Below, one piece after another: positions 48,182-57,301 of a stretch of 64,000 bases of DNA (position 1 is its first letter; every line of letters begins with the position of its first letter). The position numbers and the translations under genes are program-made. The notes beneath the pieces are model-generated. The model saw only the letters and a list, made by a program, of their open reading frames with translations, had not been told where the DNA came from and searched no databases. Source of the DNA: an uncultured Collinsella sp. Its GTDB lineage: Bacteria > Actinomycetota > Coriobacteriia > Coriobacteriales > Coriobacteriaceae. The DNA lies in assembly GCA_902494035.1 (NCBI GenBank), contig CABURV010000002.1, positions 530 through 64,529 on the forward strand. Reading direction: 5' to 3'.

Positions 48182-48361
48182 TTATCCAAAGAGCCCGCCG
48201 AACAGACCTCGGCGGCGCTTGCCTTGCTTTTTCGAAGCGTCACCCTGAGTTTTCTTGTCCTGCCGTTTCCTACGGTCCTGCTCCAACTCATCGTCATCGA
48301 GTAGCATATCCCACTCAAACGGGTCATCCGTCAGATCGAACAGATCATCGTCATCAAACAT
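48182..48361 (-). CDS. Small hypothetical protein (59 aa; acidic N-terminus, basic/amphipathic C-terminus)
   Basis: GGAGG RBS before ATG 48361; fills the gap in a same-strand gene run. Confidence 0.6.
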   Translation of the reverse strand: MFDDDDLFDLTDDPFEWDMLLDDDELEQDRRKRQDKKTQGDASKKQGKRRRGLFGGLFG

Positions 48362-48379
48362 GGCAGCCTCCATTGCCGA

Positions 48380-48706
48380 CTAGCGAGCATCCACCACATA
48401 GAGGCCAACGCGCACCTGATGCCACGGACTGCGCTCGGGGGCAACCTGTTGCACACGGGCCTCAAATACGTCCTCGTGGCCGTAATACATCATCAAGGAC
48501 AGTGGGCCGACCTCGTTTCCTGGAACGTAGCCAAGTTTGGTCTTGCCATAGTAGATCGCAACCGCCTCGGGGTCATGGGGATTATCGCGCTCGGTGCACA
48601 GCGTCAGTTTATCGCCCGCTTTAAGATCGCCTAGGACCAAAGCGCCGTCGGCATACTGAAATCCTGCAATGTGAAATGACAGAAGAACACGTGAAGGCTC
48701 GTACAT
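48380..48706 (-). CDS. HIRAN domain protein
   Basis: FHIAGFQY, ERDNPHDPEAVAIY, KLGYVP. Confidence 0.88.
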   Translation of the reverse strand: MYEPSRVLLSFHIAGFQYADGALVLGDLKAGDKLTLCTERDNPHDPEAVAIYYGKTKLGYVPGNEVGPLSLMMYYGHEDVFEARVQQVAPERSPWHQVRVGLYVVDAR

Positions 48707-48829
48707 AGCAACTCCCCTAACGGCCGGATAAACCAGCGTTTAACCTTACAGAGAAGTCTACGAACTCGCGCGGACACAAATTCGCCCCACCCGCGCCTTT
48801 TCGACCGTTTGTCGCTACACCATCTGATT

Positions 48830-50209
48830 CTAATGCACAAACATGCGCACGAACTTGTGCTTCCAGCTTGCGTAAGGAGCATAGCGGAATGGCACGTCCA
48901 ACCACGTTGCCTTGTTCACGATGCTCTTCTTGTGGCTAAACGTATCGAAGCTCTCGCGTCCATGGTACTGCCCCATACCGCTCGCGCCCATGCCGCCAAA
49001 GCCCATATGGCTCGTAGCCAAGTGCATGATCGTGTCGTTGACACAGCCGCCGCCAAAGGGCACGTAACGCACAAAGCGCTGCTGAACTGCGCGATCCTGG
49101 CTAAAGATATACAGAGCCAGCGGCGTCGGACGATCTGTAATATACGTCTCGGCCTCGTCTAGGCTCTCAAACGTCAGCACCGGCAAGATGGGGCCGAAAA
49201 TCTCCTCCTGCATCACGGCGTCCTCAGGCGCCACGCCGTCTAGGATCGTCGGCTCAATCTTGAGCGACGACTCGCGCGCCGTTCCTCCCAGCACAACCTT
49301 ATCGGGATCGATCAGCCCGCGTACGCGCGCGAAATGCTTGGCGTTGACAATATGACCGTAGTCCTCGTTGTCGAGCGGGTGCTCGCCAAACATGCGACGG
49401 ACCTCCTCCTTGATGAGGCCCAACAGCTCATCGTGCACGCGCGTATCGACCAGCAGGTAGTCGGGCGCCACGCAGGTCTGCCCCACGTTGAGCCATTTAC
49501 CAAAGGCGATACGTCGTGCCGCGACCTTCAAGTTTGCCGTCGCATCCACGATGCAGGGACTCTTTCCGCCCAGCTCAAGCGTCACGGGCGTGAGGTTTTT
49601 GCTCGCGCGCTCCATGACGAGCTTGCCGACCGGAACGCTACCGGTAAAGAAGATCTTGTCCCAGCACTCGTCGAGCAGCGCTTCGTTTTCGGCGCGCCCG
49701 CCCTCGACAACCGTCACCAGGCACGGATCAAATGCCTCTTCACAGATTTGCTTGAGCACCGCGCTCGATGCCGGAGCATAGGCGCTCGGCTTGATGACCA
49801 CGGTATTGCCCGCGGCAAGGGCGCCGGCGAGTGGCTCGAGCGTCAGCAAAAACGGGTAGTTCCAAGGAGCCATGATCAGCGTGACGCCATAGGGCACGGC
49901 TTGCGTTTTGCACACGCTCACGGCGTTAGCGAGATCACACGGACGCAGGCGCGGACGACTCCATCGAGCCACATGAGCGATCTGATGACGAATCTCGGAA
50001 AGCGACGTGCCGATCTCGCACATATATGCCTCGTCATGCGACTTTCCCAAATCGGTCTTGAGCGCATGGGCAATATCGGCCTCGTGCGCCCGTACCGTAT
50101 CGCGTAAACTCACGAGCGCGCGACGTCGAGTATCGACATCAAACGTAGCGTGCGTCTTAAAGTAGGCGCGCTGATCGCCGACGATGCGCGCAATTTCCTC
50201 GGTGTTCAT
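48830..50209 (-). CDS. NAD(P)-dependent aldehyde dehydrogenase (ALDH3-like)
   Basis: PWNYP, FFTGS, LELGGKSP, GQTCVAPDY, EEIFGP. Confidence 0.93.
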   Translation of the reverse strand: MNTEEIARIVGDQRAYFKTHATFDVDTRRRALVSLRDTVRAHEADIAHALKTDLGKSHDEAYMCEIGTSLSEIRHQIAHVARWSRPRLRPCDLANAVSVCKTQAVPYGVTLIMAPWNYPFLLTLEPLAGALAAGNTVVIKPSAYAPASSAVLKQICEEAFDPCLVTVVEGGRAENEALLDECWDKIFFTGSVPVGKLVMERASKNLTPVTLELGGKSPCIVDATANLKVAARRIAFGKWLNVGQTCVAPDYLLVDTRVHDELLGLIKEEVRRMFGEHPLDNEDYGHIVNAKHFARVRGLIDPDKVVLGGTARESSLKIEPTILDGVAPEDAVMQEEIFGPILPVLTFESLDEAETYITDRPTPLALYIFSQDRAVQQRFVRYVPFGGGCVNDTIMHLATSHMGFGGMGASGMGQYHGRESFDTFSHKKSIVNKATWLDVPFRYAPYASWKHKFVRMFVH

Positions 50210-50217
50210 GGACCCTC

Positions 50218-51438
50218 CTAGTTCTCGTCCTCAAACATACCACCCGCGACGACCTCGTACATATGCTCGAGCTCCAGGCGGTCCATCAAAAGCGGAACGG
50301 GGTACAGCGGATTGGCCTCGGCATCGGCATGTGCCGCCATCTGCGGAATGTCGGAGCGGCGAATGCCCGAGACATATCTGGGGATTCCCAGGGTCTCGTT
50401 CATACAATCGATCCAATCGATAAAGGCCTCGGCCGCCAGGCTGTCCTGCGCGTTAACCGGCGCGATGCCGGCCATGCGGGCGAGATCGGCGAGCTTAGGA
50501 GTAGCAGCTTCGCCATAAGCGCGAAGCATATGCGGCAGGATGATCGCGTTGGCCAAACCGTGCGGAATTCCGTATCGGCCGCCCAGACTGTGCGCGATGG
50601 CATGCACATATCCAACATAGGAGCGCGTAAAGGCAACACCAGCCTTATACGCCGCCGAAAGCATATTGCGACGCGCACGCATGTTGTCGCCATGCTCATA
50701 GGCCTCGAGCAAATTGTCGTGGATGAGCTGCACCGCCTGTCGTGCCATCTTGCGCGTATAGGGCATGGTGCTTCGCCCGATAAAGGCCTCGACGGCATGC
50801 GTCAGGGCGTCCATACCCGTCTGCCCCGTAATGGAGGCGGGCAGACCGCGCGTAAACTCGGGGTCGTGCACCGCAAAGCGCGGGATAAGCACAAAGTCGT
50901 TAATGGGGTACTTGTAGTGCGTCTCGTCATCGGTGATAACCGCCGCGAGCGTGACTTCGCTTCCCGTACCTGCCGTAGTGGGAACGGCGATGAGCAGCGG
51001 CAGGCGACGATGAATCCGCAGCAGGCCGCGCATCTTGTTGATGGGCTTGTTTGGCTGCGCAATGCGCGCCCCTACGCCCTTGGCGCAGTCCATGGCCGAG
51101 CCACCGCCAAAGCCGATAACAGCCTGGCAGGCGCTCTCTCGATACAGGGACGCCGCCTCCTCCACATTCGAGACCGTGGGGTTCGCACGCGTTTCGGCAT
51201 AGACCGCAACGCCAACCCCCTGAGCCGTAAGCGCACGCTCGAGTGATGCCGTGAGCCCCAAACGTGCAATACCAGGGTCCGTCACGATAAGGACCTTCTG
51301 GATCGAGCGCTTTTGAAGCACCGCGGGCACATCCTCGGCATGCTCCAAAATGCGCGGCTCGGTATAGGGCAGCACCGGCAATGCGATGCGAAAAACCGTT
51401 TGATACGTTCGGCACCAGGCGCGGCGGGCTAGATGCAT
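50218..51438 (-). CDS. Iron-containing alcohol dehydrogenase
   Basis: GGGSAMDCAK, PTTAGTGSE, DALTHAVE, VHAIAH, PHGLAN. Confidence 0.92.
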   Translation of the reverse strand: MHLARRAWCRTYQTVFRIALPVLPYTEPRILEHAEDVPAVLQKRSIQKVLIVTDPGIARLGLTASLERALTAQGVGVAVYAETRANPTVSNVEEAASLYRESACQAVIGFGGGSAMDCAKGVGARIAQPNKPINKMRGLLRIHRRLPLLIAVPTTAGTGSEVTLAAVITDDETHYKYPINDFVLIPRFAVHDPEFTRGLPASITGQTGMDALTHAVEAFIGRSTMPYTRKMARQAVQLIHDNLLEAYEHGDNMRARRNMLSAAYKAGVAFTRSYVGYVHAIAHSLGGRYGIPHGLANAIILPHMLRAYGEAATPKLADLARMAGIAPVNAQDSLAAEAFIDWIDCMNETLGIPRYVSGIRRSDIPQMAAHADAEANPLYPVPLLMDRLELEHMYEVVAGGMFEDEN

Positions 51439-51694
51439 AAAGGAGGCTCCCTCATTTGTTGATTGGTCAACATTTGCTCGACCGATTTTACTCATCGGAG
51501 GTCACAGACGACATGTCAATCGTTAATCAATCAACATCTTCATATCTCAAAATTGTTTTATTAAAAATCATTCCTAATAGGCTTCACATTTGGTTGCATT
51601 TATGGATAATAGAACCCGTCAAGACGCACGTCCGGAGAGGGCCCTTACGGGACCGGACAAGCGCCCCATCGCCATCGATCGAAAGGATCGAATC

Positions 51695-52255
51695 ATGAAG
51701 TTTGTTTGCCCCGTTTGCGGTTATGTGGAAGAGTTCGACGGCGACCAGCTGCCCGAGGACTTCAAGTGCCCCCAGTGCGGCGTTCCCGGTTCTCGCTTCC
51801 TGAAGCAGGAGGAGGGTCAGCTCGAGTGGGCTGCCGAGCACGTCGTGGGCGTCGCCAAGATGGAGGGCGTCTCCGAGGACATCGTTGCCGACCTGCGCGC
51901 CAACTTTGAGGGCGAGTGCTCTGAGGTCGGTATGTACCTGGCCATGGCTCGCGTCGCCCATCGCGAGGGCTATCCCGAGATCGGCCTGTACTGGGAGAAG
52001 GCTGCCCACGAGGAGGCCGAGCATGCCGCCAAGTTCGCCGAGCTCCTGGGCGAGGTCGTGACCGACTCCACCAAGAAGAACCTCGAGATGCGCGTTGAGG
52101 CCGAGAACGGCGCCACCGCCGGCAAGACCGATCTTGCCAAGCGTGCCAAGGCCGCCGGCCTCGATGCCATCCACGACACCGTGCACGAGATGGCTCGCGA
52201 CGAGGCCCGCCACGGCAAGGCTTTCGCCGGCCTGCTCAAGCGCTACTTCGGCTAA
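51695..52255 (+). CDS. Reverse rubrerythrin (N-terminal rubredoxin plus di-iron domain)
   Basis: [41 protein letters not shown]. Confidence 0.92.
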   Translation: MKFVCPVCGYVEEFDGDQLPEDFKCPQCGVPGSRFLKQEEGQLEWAAEHVVGVAKMEGVSEDIVADLRANFEGECSEVGMYLAMARVAHREGYPEIGLYWEKAAHEEAEHAAKFAELLGEVVTDSTKKNLEMRVEAENGATAGKTDLAKRAKAAGLDAIHDTVHEMARDEARHGKAFAGLLKRYFG

Positions 52256-52288
52256 GCCAATCGCCTGAGAGACATTCTCTAGCTTTAT

Positions 52289-52319
52289 AAGGCCCGGACC
52301 ACATGGTTCGGGCCTTTTT
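52289..52319 (+). terminator. Rho-independent terminator after rubrerythrin
   Basis: aaggcccggacca / tggttcgggcctt followed by a T-tract. Confidence 0.8.
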
Positions 52320-52385
52320 CGTGCCTCACAAACTTGTTAACTCCCTGAAATAGGACCGCCTTCGGCATAGGTTTCTCGTCAAAAA

Positions 52386-52508
52386 CTAAGTGAGTAGACT
52401 TTTTGGAACTTGCCAAGCACGCCATCCATATTGCTTTATAAAGCCGCAGGTAAATGACTTGTTGCAAAACGGCCTGGTCGCCAAAGTGTCAAAAGTCTAC
52501 TCACTTAG
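52386..52508. repeat. 123-bp element with 18-bp terminal inverted repeats, copy 1
   Basis: CTAAGTGAGTAGACTTTT ... AAAAGTCTACTCACTTAG; direct copy at 53806-53928. Confidence 0.85.
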
Positions 52509-53630
52509 AACCGCAGCCGTCCACGATCGAGCTGTTTTGTGTCTAACGGGCATCTTTCCGTCGATTACTCCCAATTTTGTCCAGTCAACAAATAGTTCAG
52601 ACCTGAGTAATGTCTCAGCCCTTTGCTCATCTGAGCTTTTATCACGATATTCAGCATCGAGCATCCTGCATACGGCCTTAACGATCGCGCGGAATCTATC
52701 CTCATCGGATATCTGTCTGTGTGTCAGGAGAAGTACATCGTAGCCCATGGCTTGAAGGGCTGTCATGCGGTCAGCGTCACGCAAGCCATCCCCTGCGCGT
52801 CCGTGCGAGGCCTTTCCCTGACATTCAATGGCCACCTGTCGCCTGCCGTCCGGCGAAGACAGAAGTAGATCGATATACACACGGGACTTTCCCACAATCG
52901 CTCGAGCACTTGTGCTTAGCATCACTTCAACATTAAGCTCTATGCCGCAAAACCCTTCGCCTCCCAGGAATCGCGGCAGTGCAAGTAGCAAATACGCCTC
53001 GACCTCAAAAGGCGACGCGGCACCCAATGGAACGAGTTGCGATACCGCCATAAATCTATTGCCGTAACGCATCCCGCAAACATCTGAACAAAAACGGTCA
53101 AGGTCTCCGCCCAAAACCAAAGCGTCTCGACGCCATAAATTTGAGGCGGTGCCGCCCTCGGACGGACAGCGCACCCAACCGAACGTTGTCAAAATCGCAC
53201 CTGAATCAATTGCACGCCTAAGCTCCGCCTCAAGTGCCGCCGGCAGAGCGCACACCGCAAACAAGCCACACATCTCCGCCAATACCAAAAGAAGCTGAAG
53301 ATCCGTCAGATGCCGCGACATGATGAATGCCGTCAGTAGAGGAGACGTAACCAAAAACCCATGCTCCGTTTCCAGCACGGATTCCCTGGGGAGCTCGCCA
53401 AGAAACAGCCGCTGCCTAATGCTGGCAGGACAAGTCCGTTTGTTTCTCGTCCGAACCAATGTATACAACGGAAAGCCGAACACAACCGCAGCCGTCGGGT
53501 TACGGGCGAGGTCATATCGCTGCCGGTCTTCTTCCGGCCGTGGAAGCGGCGGACATAGAGCGCGGACCTGAGGGGGCAAACGCCAATACCTAAAAGCCGA
53601 TATGTCACAAAGTAGATCCTTCATACGCAC
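52497..53630 (-). CDS. AbiEi-like N-terminal region plus Vsr/DUF559-like PD-(D/E)XK nuclease domain
   Basis: LVTSP, AASPFE, LPRFLGGEG, YIDLLL...VAIECQG..SH, DADRMTALQAMGYDVLLLT. Confidence 0.75.
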   Translation of the reverse strand: MRMKDLLCDISAFRYWRLPPQVRALCPPLPRPEEDRQRYDLARNPTAAVVFGFPLYTLVRTRNKRTCPASIRQRLFLGELPRESVLETEHGFLVTSPLLTAFIMSRHLTDLQLLLVLAEMCGLFAVCALPAALEAELRRAIDSGAILTTFGWVRCPSEGGTASNLWRRDALVLGGDLDRFCSDVCGMRYGNRFMAVSQLVPLGAASPFEVEAYLLLALPRFLGGEGFCGIELNVEVMLSTSARAIVGKSRVYIDLLLSSPDGRRQVAIECQGKASHGRAGDGLRDADRMTALQAMGYDVLLLTHRQISDEDRFRAIVKAVCRMLDAEYRDKSSDEQRAETLLRSELFVDWTKLGVIDGKMPVRHKTARSWTAAVLSE

Positions 53631-53805
53631 AGGAAACCACGAATTTCAACCCAGTCAGTCACGCATTGGCGCGAACGCGCCAAAAATGGTGCCGAACGGA
53701 CTGCCAAGTTTTCAACAGCCCTCCCCAACTGGCCAAAAGCTTGCCGAGAGCTGGACGAAGTTCTGTTGAAAACCCCATTTTTTTCTCATGCAGAAGCTTT
53801 GCGCG

Positions 53806-53928
53806 ACAAGTGAGTAGACTTTTTTGAACATCCCGAGCAGCCCGGTCATCCTGTTTTTCAAAACCGCAGGTAGATAGATTGTTACAAAACTGCCTGGTCG
53901 CCAAAGTTCCAAAAGCCTACTCACTTAG
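53806..53928. repeat. 123-bp element with terminal inverted repeats, copy 2
   Basis: Ungapped alignment to copy 1 at offset 1420; about 97/123 identical by hand count. Confidence 0.85.
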
Positions 53929-55356
53929 GTTGCAGAGTGCTCCCATTAGCTGCGATTCCAAGGTATTTAGCGCTTTTGGACTCAAATCGTCATACTGAAC
54001 AAGAATTTGACTTGAGTTTTCAGGGACAGATGCGCCATCGGCACACCAATAACAGTCACTGATATCGACAAAAGGGATACTCGAGCGCGTAAGGGCCCGC
54101 ACAAAAGAGCTTCCGCCCGCTCCGCGCTCCGCAACCACGGTGCAGTAAAGGCCCGCGTCTGCATGCTCGATCGAGACTTCTCCTGCCGGAAATACCTTCC
54201 GTACAAGCGCCGCCAGGCCATCACGCGCCTCGCGAGCACGAACGCGCACGCGGTTCACATGTCGCTCGTAATCACCCGATTCCAGCAAACGCGCCAAAGC
54301 GACCTGATCAACAGAGCTCACCGACGAGGCGTAGAAACCAAGGTTGCGCCTAAACCGCTCCATTAACTCATCGGGCAACACCATGTACGCCAAACGCAAC
54401 GCCGATGAAAGGCTCTTCGAAAACGTGTTGGTGTATATAACCGACTGGGCGGCATCGATCGACGCGAGCGCGGGAATCGGCTTCCCGGCAAGGCGAAACT
54501 CACAATCAAAGTCATCTTCGATGAGATACCGACCTGGTCGCTCGGCGGCCCAGCTCAGAAGCGCATAGCGACGCGCAATGCTCGTCACAAGGCCGGTTGG
54601 ATATTGGTGAGACGGCATCAGGTGAAGTACATCGGTCCCGGTTTTCTGCAGAGCGCTCAAGTCCACCCCCTCATCATCCAACGGGATATGTCGAACTTTG
54701 CAGCCCATAGCCTGATAAATGCGCGTCAGACGTAAATAGCCCGGGTCCTCAACGGCATACACCTTGTCAGCGCCAAGCAACTGAACCAACATGGTATCGA
54801 GCAGCTGAGCGCCCGCGCCGATAACAATGTTATTGGGGTCGACATTCATACCCCTCGTCCCGCGCAGATGATGAGCAATTGCGCATCGTAGCCGAACGGT
54901 GCCCTGTGCCGGTGCGGGCGAAAAGATCTCGCGCTCGTCTTCGGATGCCAGCGTCGCCCGCAGTGCGCTTTGCCAAAGCCGCGCCGCCTCCAAAGCGGAA
55001 GGAGAAAGCGCATCGAATCGCTCGACCTGTCCGCTGGCATCATGCACGCCGGAGTCCACAGAGACGGCATCCCGGTCGATGCCCTCCGCAGCCGAAGCCA
55101 AAACCGGTGCATCCGGAAGCTTGCAAGCGTAGTAGCCACGACGCGGCATTGAGCAAATATAGCCCTCGGCAAGTAACTGGCTATATGCATTCTCGATGGT
55201 AATGACACTGATTCCCAGATGACTGGCAAAGGCGCGCTTAGACGGAAGATGCTCCCCCGCCGCAATGCGTCCAGCTACGATATCATCTCGAATTTGCTGG
55301 TAAACATACTCATAGAGCGATGCTTCGCCGCGTTTTTCCAAATTGTAGTCAAGCAT
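53917..55356 (-). CDS. pdxR: MocR/GabR family PLP-dependent regulator, divergent from pdxST
   Basis: HLPSKRAFASHLGISVITIENAY wHTH; EDPGY, PSHQYPTG, IEDDFD, TFSKSL; gene context. Confidence 0.88.
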   Translation of the reverse strand: MLDYNLEKRGEASLYEYVYQQIRDDIVAGRIAAGEHLPSKRAFASHLGISVITIENAYSQLLAEGYICSMPRRGYYACKLPDAPVLASAAEGIDRDAVSVDSGVHDASGQVERFDALSPSALEAARLWQSALRATLASEDEREIFSPAPAQGTVRLRCAIAHHLRGTRGMNVDPNNIVIGAGAQLLDTMLVQLLGADKVYAVEDPGYLRLTRIYQAMGCKVRHIPLDDEGVDLSALQKTGTDVLHLMPSHQYPTGLVTSIARRYALLSWAAERPGRYLIEDDFDCEFRLAGKPIPALASIDAAQSVIYTNTFSKSLSSALRLAYMVLPDELMERFRRNLGFYASSVSSVDQVALARLLESGDYERHVNRVRVRAREARDGLAALVRKVFPAGEVSIEHADAGLYCTVVAERGAGGSSFVRALTRSSIPFVDISDCYWCADGASVPENSSQILVQYDDLSPKALNTLESQLMGALCNLSE

Positions 55357-55367
55357 GAGCCTATCAC

Positions 55368-55409
55368 CTGACCTTATTAAGCCATTCAATCTGGTATTAG
55401 TCTGACCTT
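55368..55409. promoter_or_regulatory. Probable PdxR operator (CTGACCTT direct repeats)
   Basis: CTGACCTT at 55368-55375 and 55402-55409 between pdxR and pdxS. Confidence 0.6.
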
Positions 55410-55501
55410 GTTATTATCTCGAAAACTGAGTATTTCGCCATACCCAGCTCCCCGATAGGATATTCCGTCAAGCAATGCACATGCCAACCAAGGGAGCAAC
55501 C

Positions 55502-56392
55502 ATGGCAGAACAGAACAGCAAGGCCGACCGCGTCAAACTCAATCGCGAGCTCGCGCAGATGCTCAAGGGCGGCGTCATCATGGACGTTACCACGCCCGAG
55601 CAGGCACGCATCGCCGAGGAGGCAGGCGCCTGCGCCGTCATGGCTCTCGAGCGCATCCCGGCCGACATCCGTGCCGCAGGCGGCGTCTCGCGCATGAGCG
55701 ACCCCAAGATGATCAAGGGCATCCAGGAGGCCGTCTCCATCCCCGTCATGGCCAAGTGCCGCATCGGTCACATCGTCGAGGCGCAGGTCCTGCAGGCCAT
55801 CGAGATCGACTACATCGATGAGTCCGAGGTTCTCTCCCCCGCCGATGACGTCTATCACATCGACAAGACCCAGTTTGACGTGCCGTTTGTCTGCGGCGCC
55901 CGCGATCTGGGCGAGGCGTTGCGCCGTGTTGCCGAGGGCGCCACTATGATTCGCACCAAGGGTGAGCCGGGTACGGGCGACGTCGTTCAGGCCGTGCGTC
56001 ACATGCGCAAGATCCAAAAGCAGATTCGTGACGTTGTTGCCCTGCGCGATGATGAGCTCTTTGAGGCAGCCAAGCAACTGCAGGTTCCGGTCGAGCTGGT
56101 GCGCGAGGTCCATGCCACGGGCAAGCTTCCCGTTGTGAACTTTGCCGCCGGCGGCGTAGCGACCCCTGCCGACGCCGCGCTGATGATGCAACTGGGCGCC
56201 GAGGGCGTCTTTGTCGGCTCGGGCATCTTTAAGAGCGGCGACCCCGCCAAGCGCGCCGCCGCCATCGTCAAGGCCGTGGCAAACTTCACCGATGCCAAGC
56301 TCATCGCCGAGCTTTCGGAGGACCTGGGCGAGGCCATGGTGGGCATCAACGCCGACGAGATCGAAATCATCATGGAGGAGCGCGGACGCTAG
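55502..56392 (+). CDS. pdxS: PLP synthase lyase subunit
   Basis: [79 protein letters not shown]. Confidence 0.98.
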   Translation: MAEQNSKADRVKLNRELAQMLKGGVIMDVTTPEQARIAEEAGACAVMALERIPADIRAAGGVSRMSDPKMIKGIQEAVSIPVMAKCRIGHIVEAQVLQAIEIDYIDESEVLSPADDVYHIDKTQFDVPFVCGARDLGEALRRVAEGATMIRTKGEPGTGDVVQAVRHMRKIQKQIRDVVALRDDELFEAAKQLQVPVELVREVHATGKLPVVNFAAGGVATPADAALMMQLGAEGVFVGSGIFKSGDPAKRAAAIVKAVANFTDAKLIAELSEDLGEAMVGINADEIEIIMEERGR

Positions 56393-56412
56393 TCCGGCAG
56401 AAAGGATCGCAC

Positions 56413-57000
56413 ATGAGCGATTATGCAGACCAAACGGTCGCCGTGCTGGCGGTCCAAGGCGCTTTTGCCGAGCACGAGGCAAGACTATCCGGGCTTGGCG
56501 CACACTGTATTGAGCTGAGGCAGGCGGCCGATTTGAAGCAGGACTTTGACCGTCTGGTACTTCCCGGCGGCGAGTCCACCGTTCAGGGGAAGCTGCTTGA
56601 TGAGTTGGGCATGCTCGAGGAGCTTCGTGCCCGTATCGCTGAAGGCATGCCCGTCCTGGGCACCTGCGCCGGCCTGATTCTACTGGCTCACGATCTTGCC
56701 GCCCATGACGATAAGGGCACGCCGCGTTTGGCAACCATGGATGTGCTCATTGAGCGCAATGCCTACGGCAGGCAGCTCGGCAGTTTTCGCACCAAGGGCC
56801 AGGTGTCCGGCATCGACGGTGAAGTGCCATTAACATTTATCCGTGCACCCCGCATCGTCGAGGTCCACGGCGACGCCAAGGCCTTAGCGAAAGTCGACGG
56901 CCGTATCGTCGCCGCCCGCCAAGGCAACCAGCTCGGCGTAACCTTCCACCCCGAGCTCGACGACGACACGCGCCTCCACGAGCTCTTCCTCCAAATGTAG
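56413..57000 (+). CDS. pdxT: PLP synthase glutaminase subunit
   Basis: LAVQGAFAEH, LPGGEST, GTCAGLILL, RNAYGRQ, FIRAP, FHPEL. Confidence 0.97.
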   Translation: MSDYADQTVAVLAVQGAFAEHEARLSGLGAHCIELRQAADLKQDFDRLVLPGGESTVQGKLLDELGMLEELRARIAEGMPVLGTCAGLILLAHDLAAHDDKGTPRLATMDVLIERNAYGRQLGSFRTKGQVSGIDGEVPLTFIRAPRIVEVHGDAKALAKVDGRIVAARQGNQLGVTFHPELDDDTRLHELFLQM

Positions 57001-57023
57001 GCATCGAAATCATCAAACGAAAC

Positions 57024-57087
57024 GAGAGTGGACAATCTCCCACTTTAAGCTTGGATGCAGGCTCAAACCGGGAGATTATCCACTCTC
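57024..57087. repeat. 18-bp inverted repeat with 28-bp spacer
   Basis: gagagtggacaatctccc / gggagattatccactctc (one mismatch). Confidence 0.7.
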
Positions 57088-57094
57088 ATGCTAT

Positions 57095-57125
57095 GTAGTC
57101 ATTTAAGAACGTCCCCAATGACTAC
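57095..57125. repeat. REP-like hairpin with 13-nt GGGAC loop
   Basis: gtagtcatt [taagaacgtcccc] aatgactac. Confidence 0.65.
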
Positions 57126-57153
57126 TTCGACAACACCGATGTTTTGGCAACGC

Positions 57154-57299
57154 CAGCGAGCGCCGCCCAGGGCGAACAAGTTGGCATGAAAAAGGCAAGG
57201 CATAGACCTTCTGGTCATGCCTTGCCTTTTGAATGACAAATTGTCGCCCTGGGTGGCGCGCAGCGTCAACTAGTTACGCGGTTCGTAGAACCGCGTAAC
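57154..57299 (-). repeat. Structured intergenic element, copy B
   Basis: Stems 57160-57175/57244-57259, 57190-57203/57217-57230, 57273-57284/57288-57299. Confidence 0.8.
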
Positions 57300-57301
57300 C
57301 C

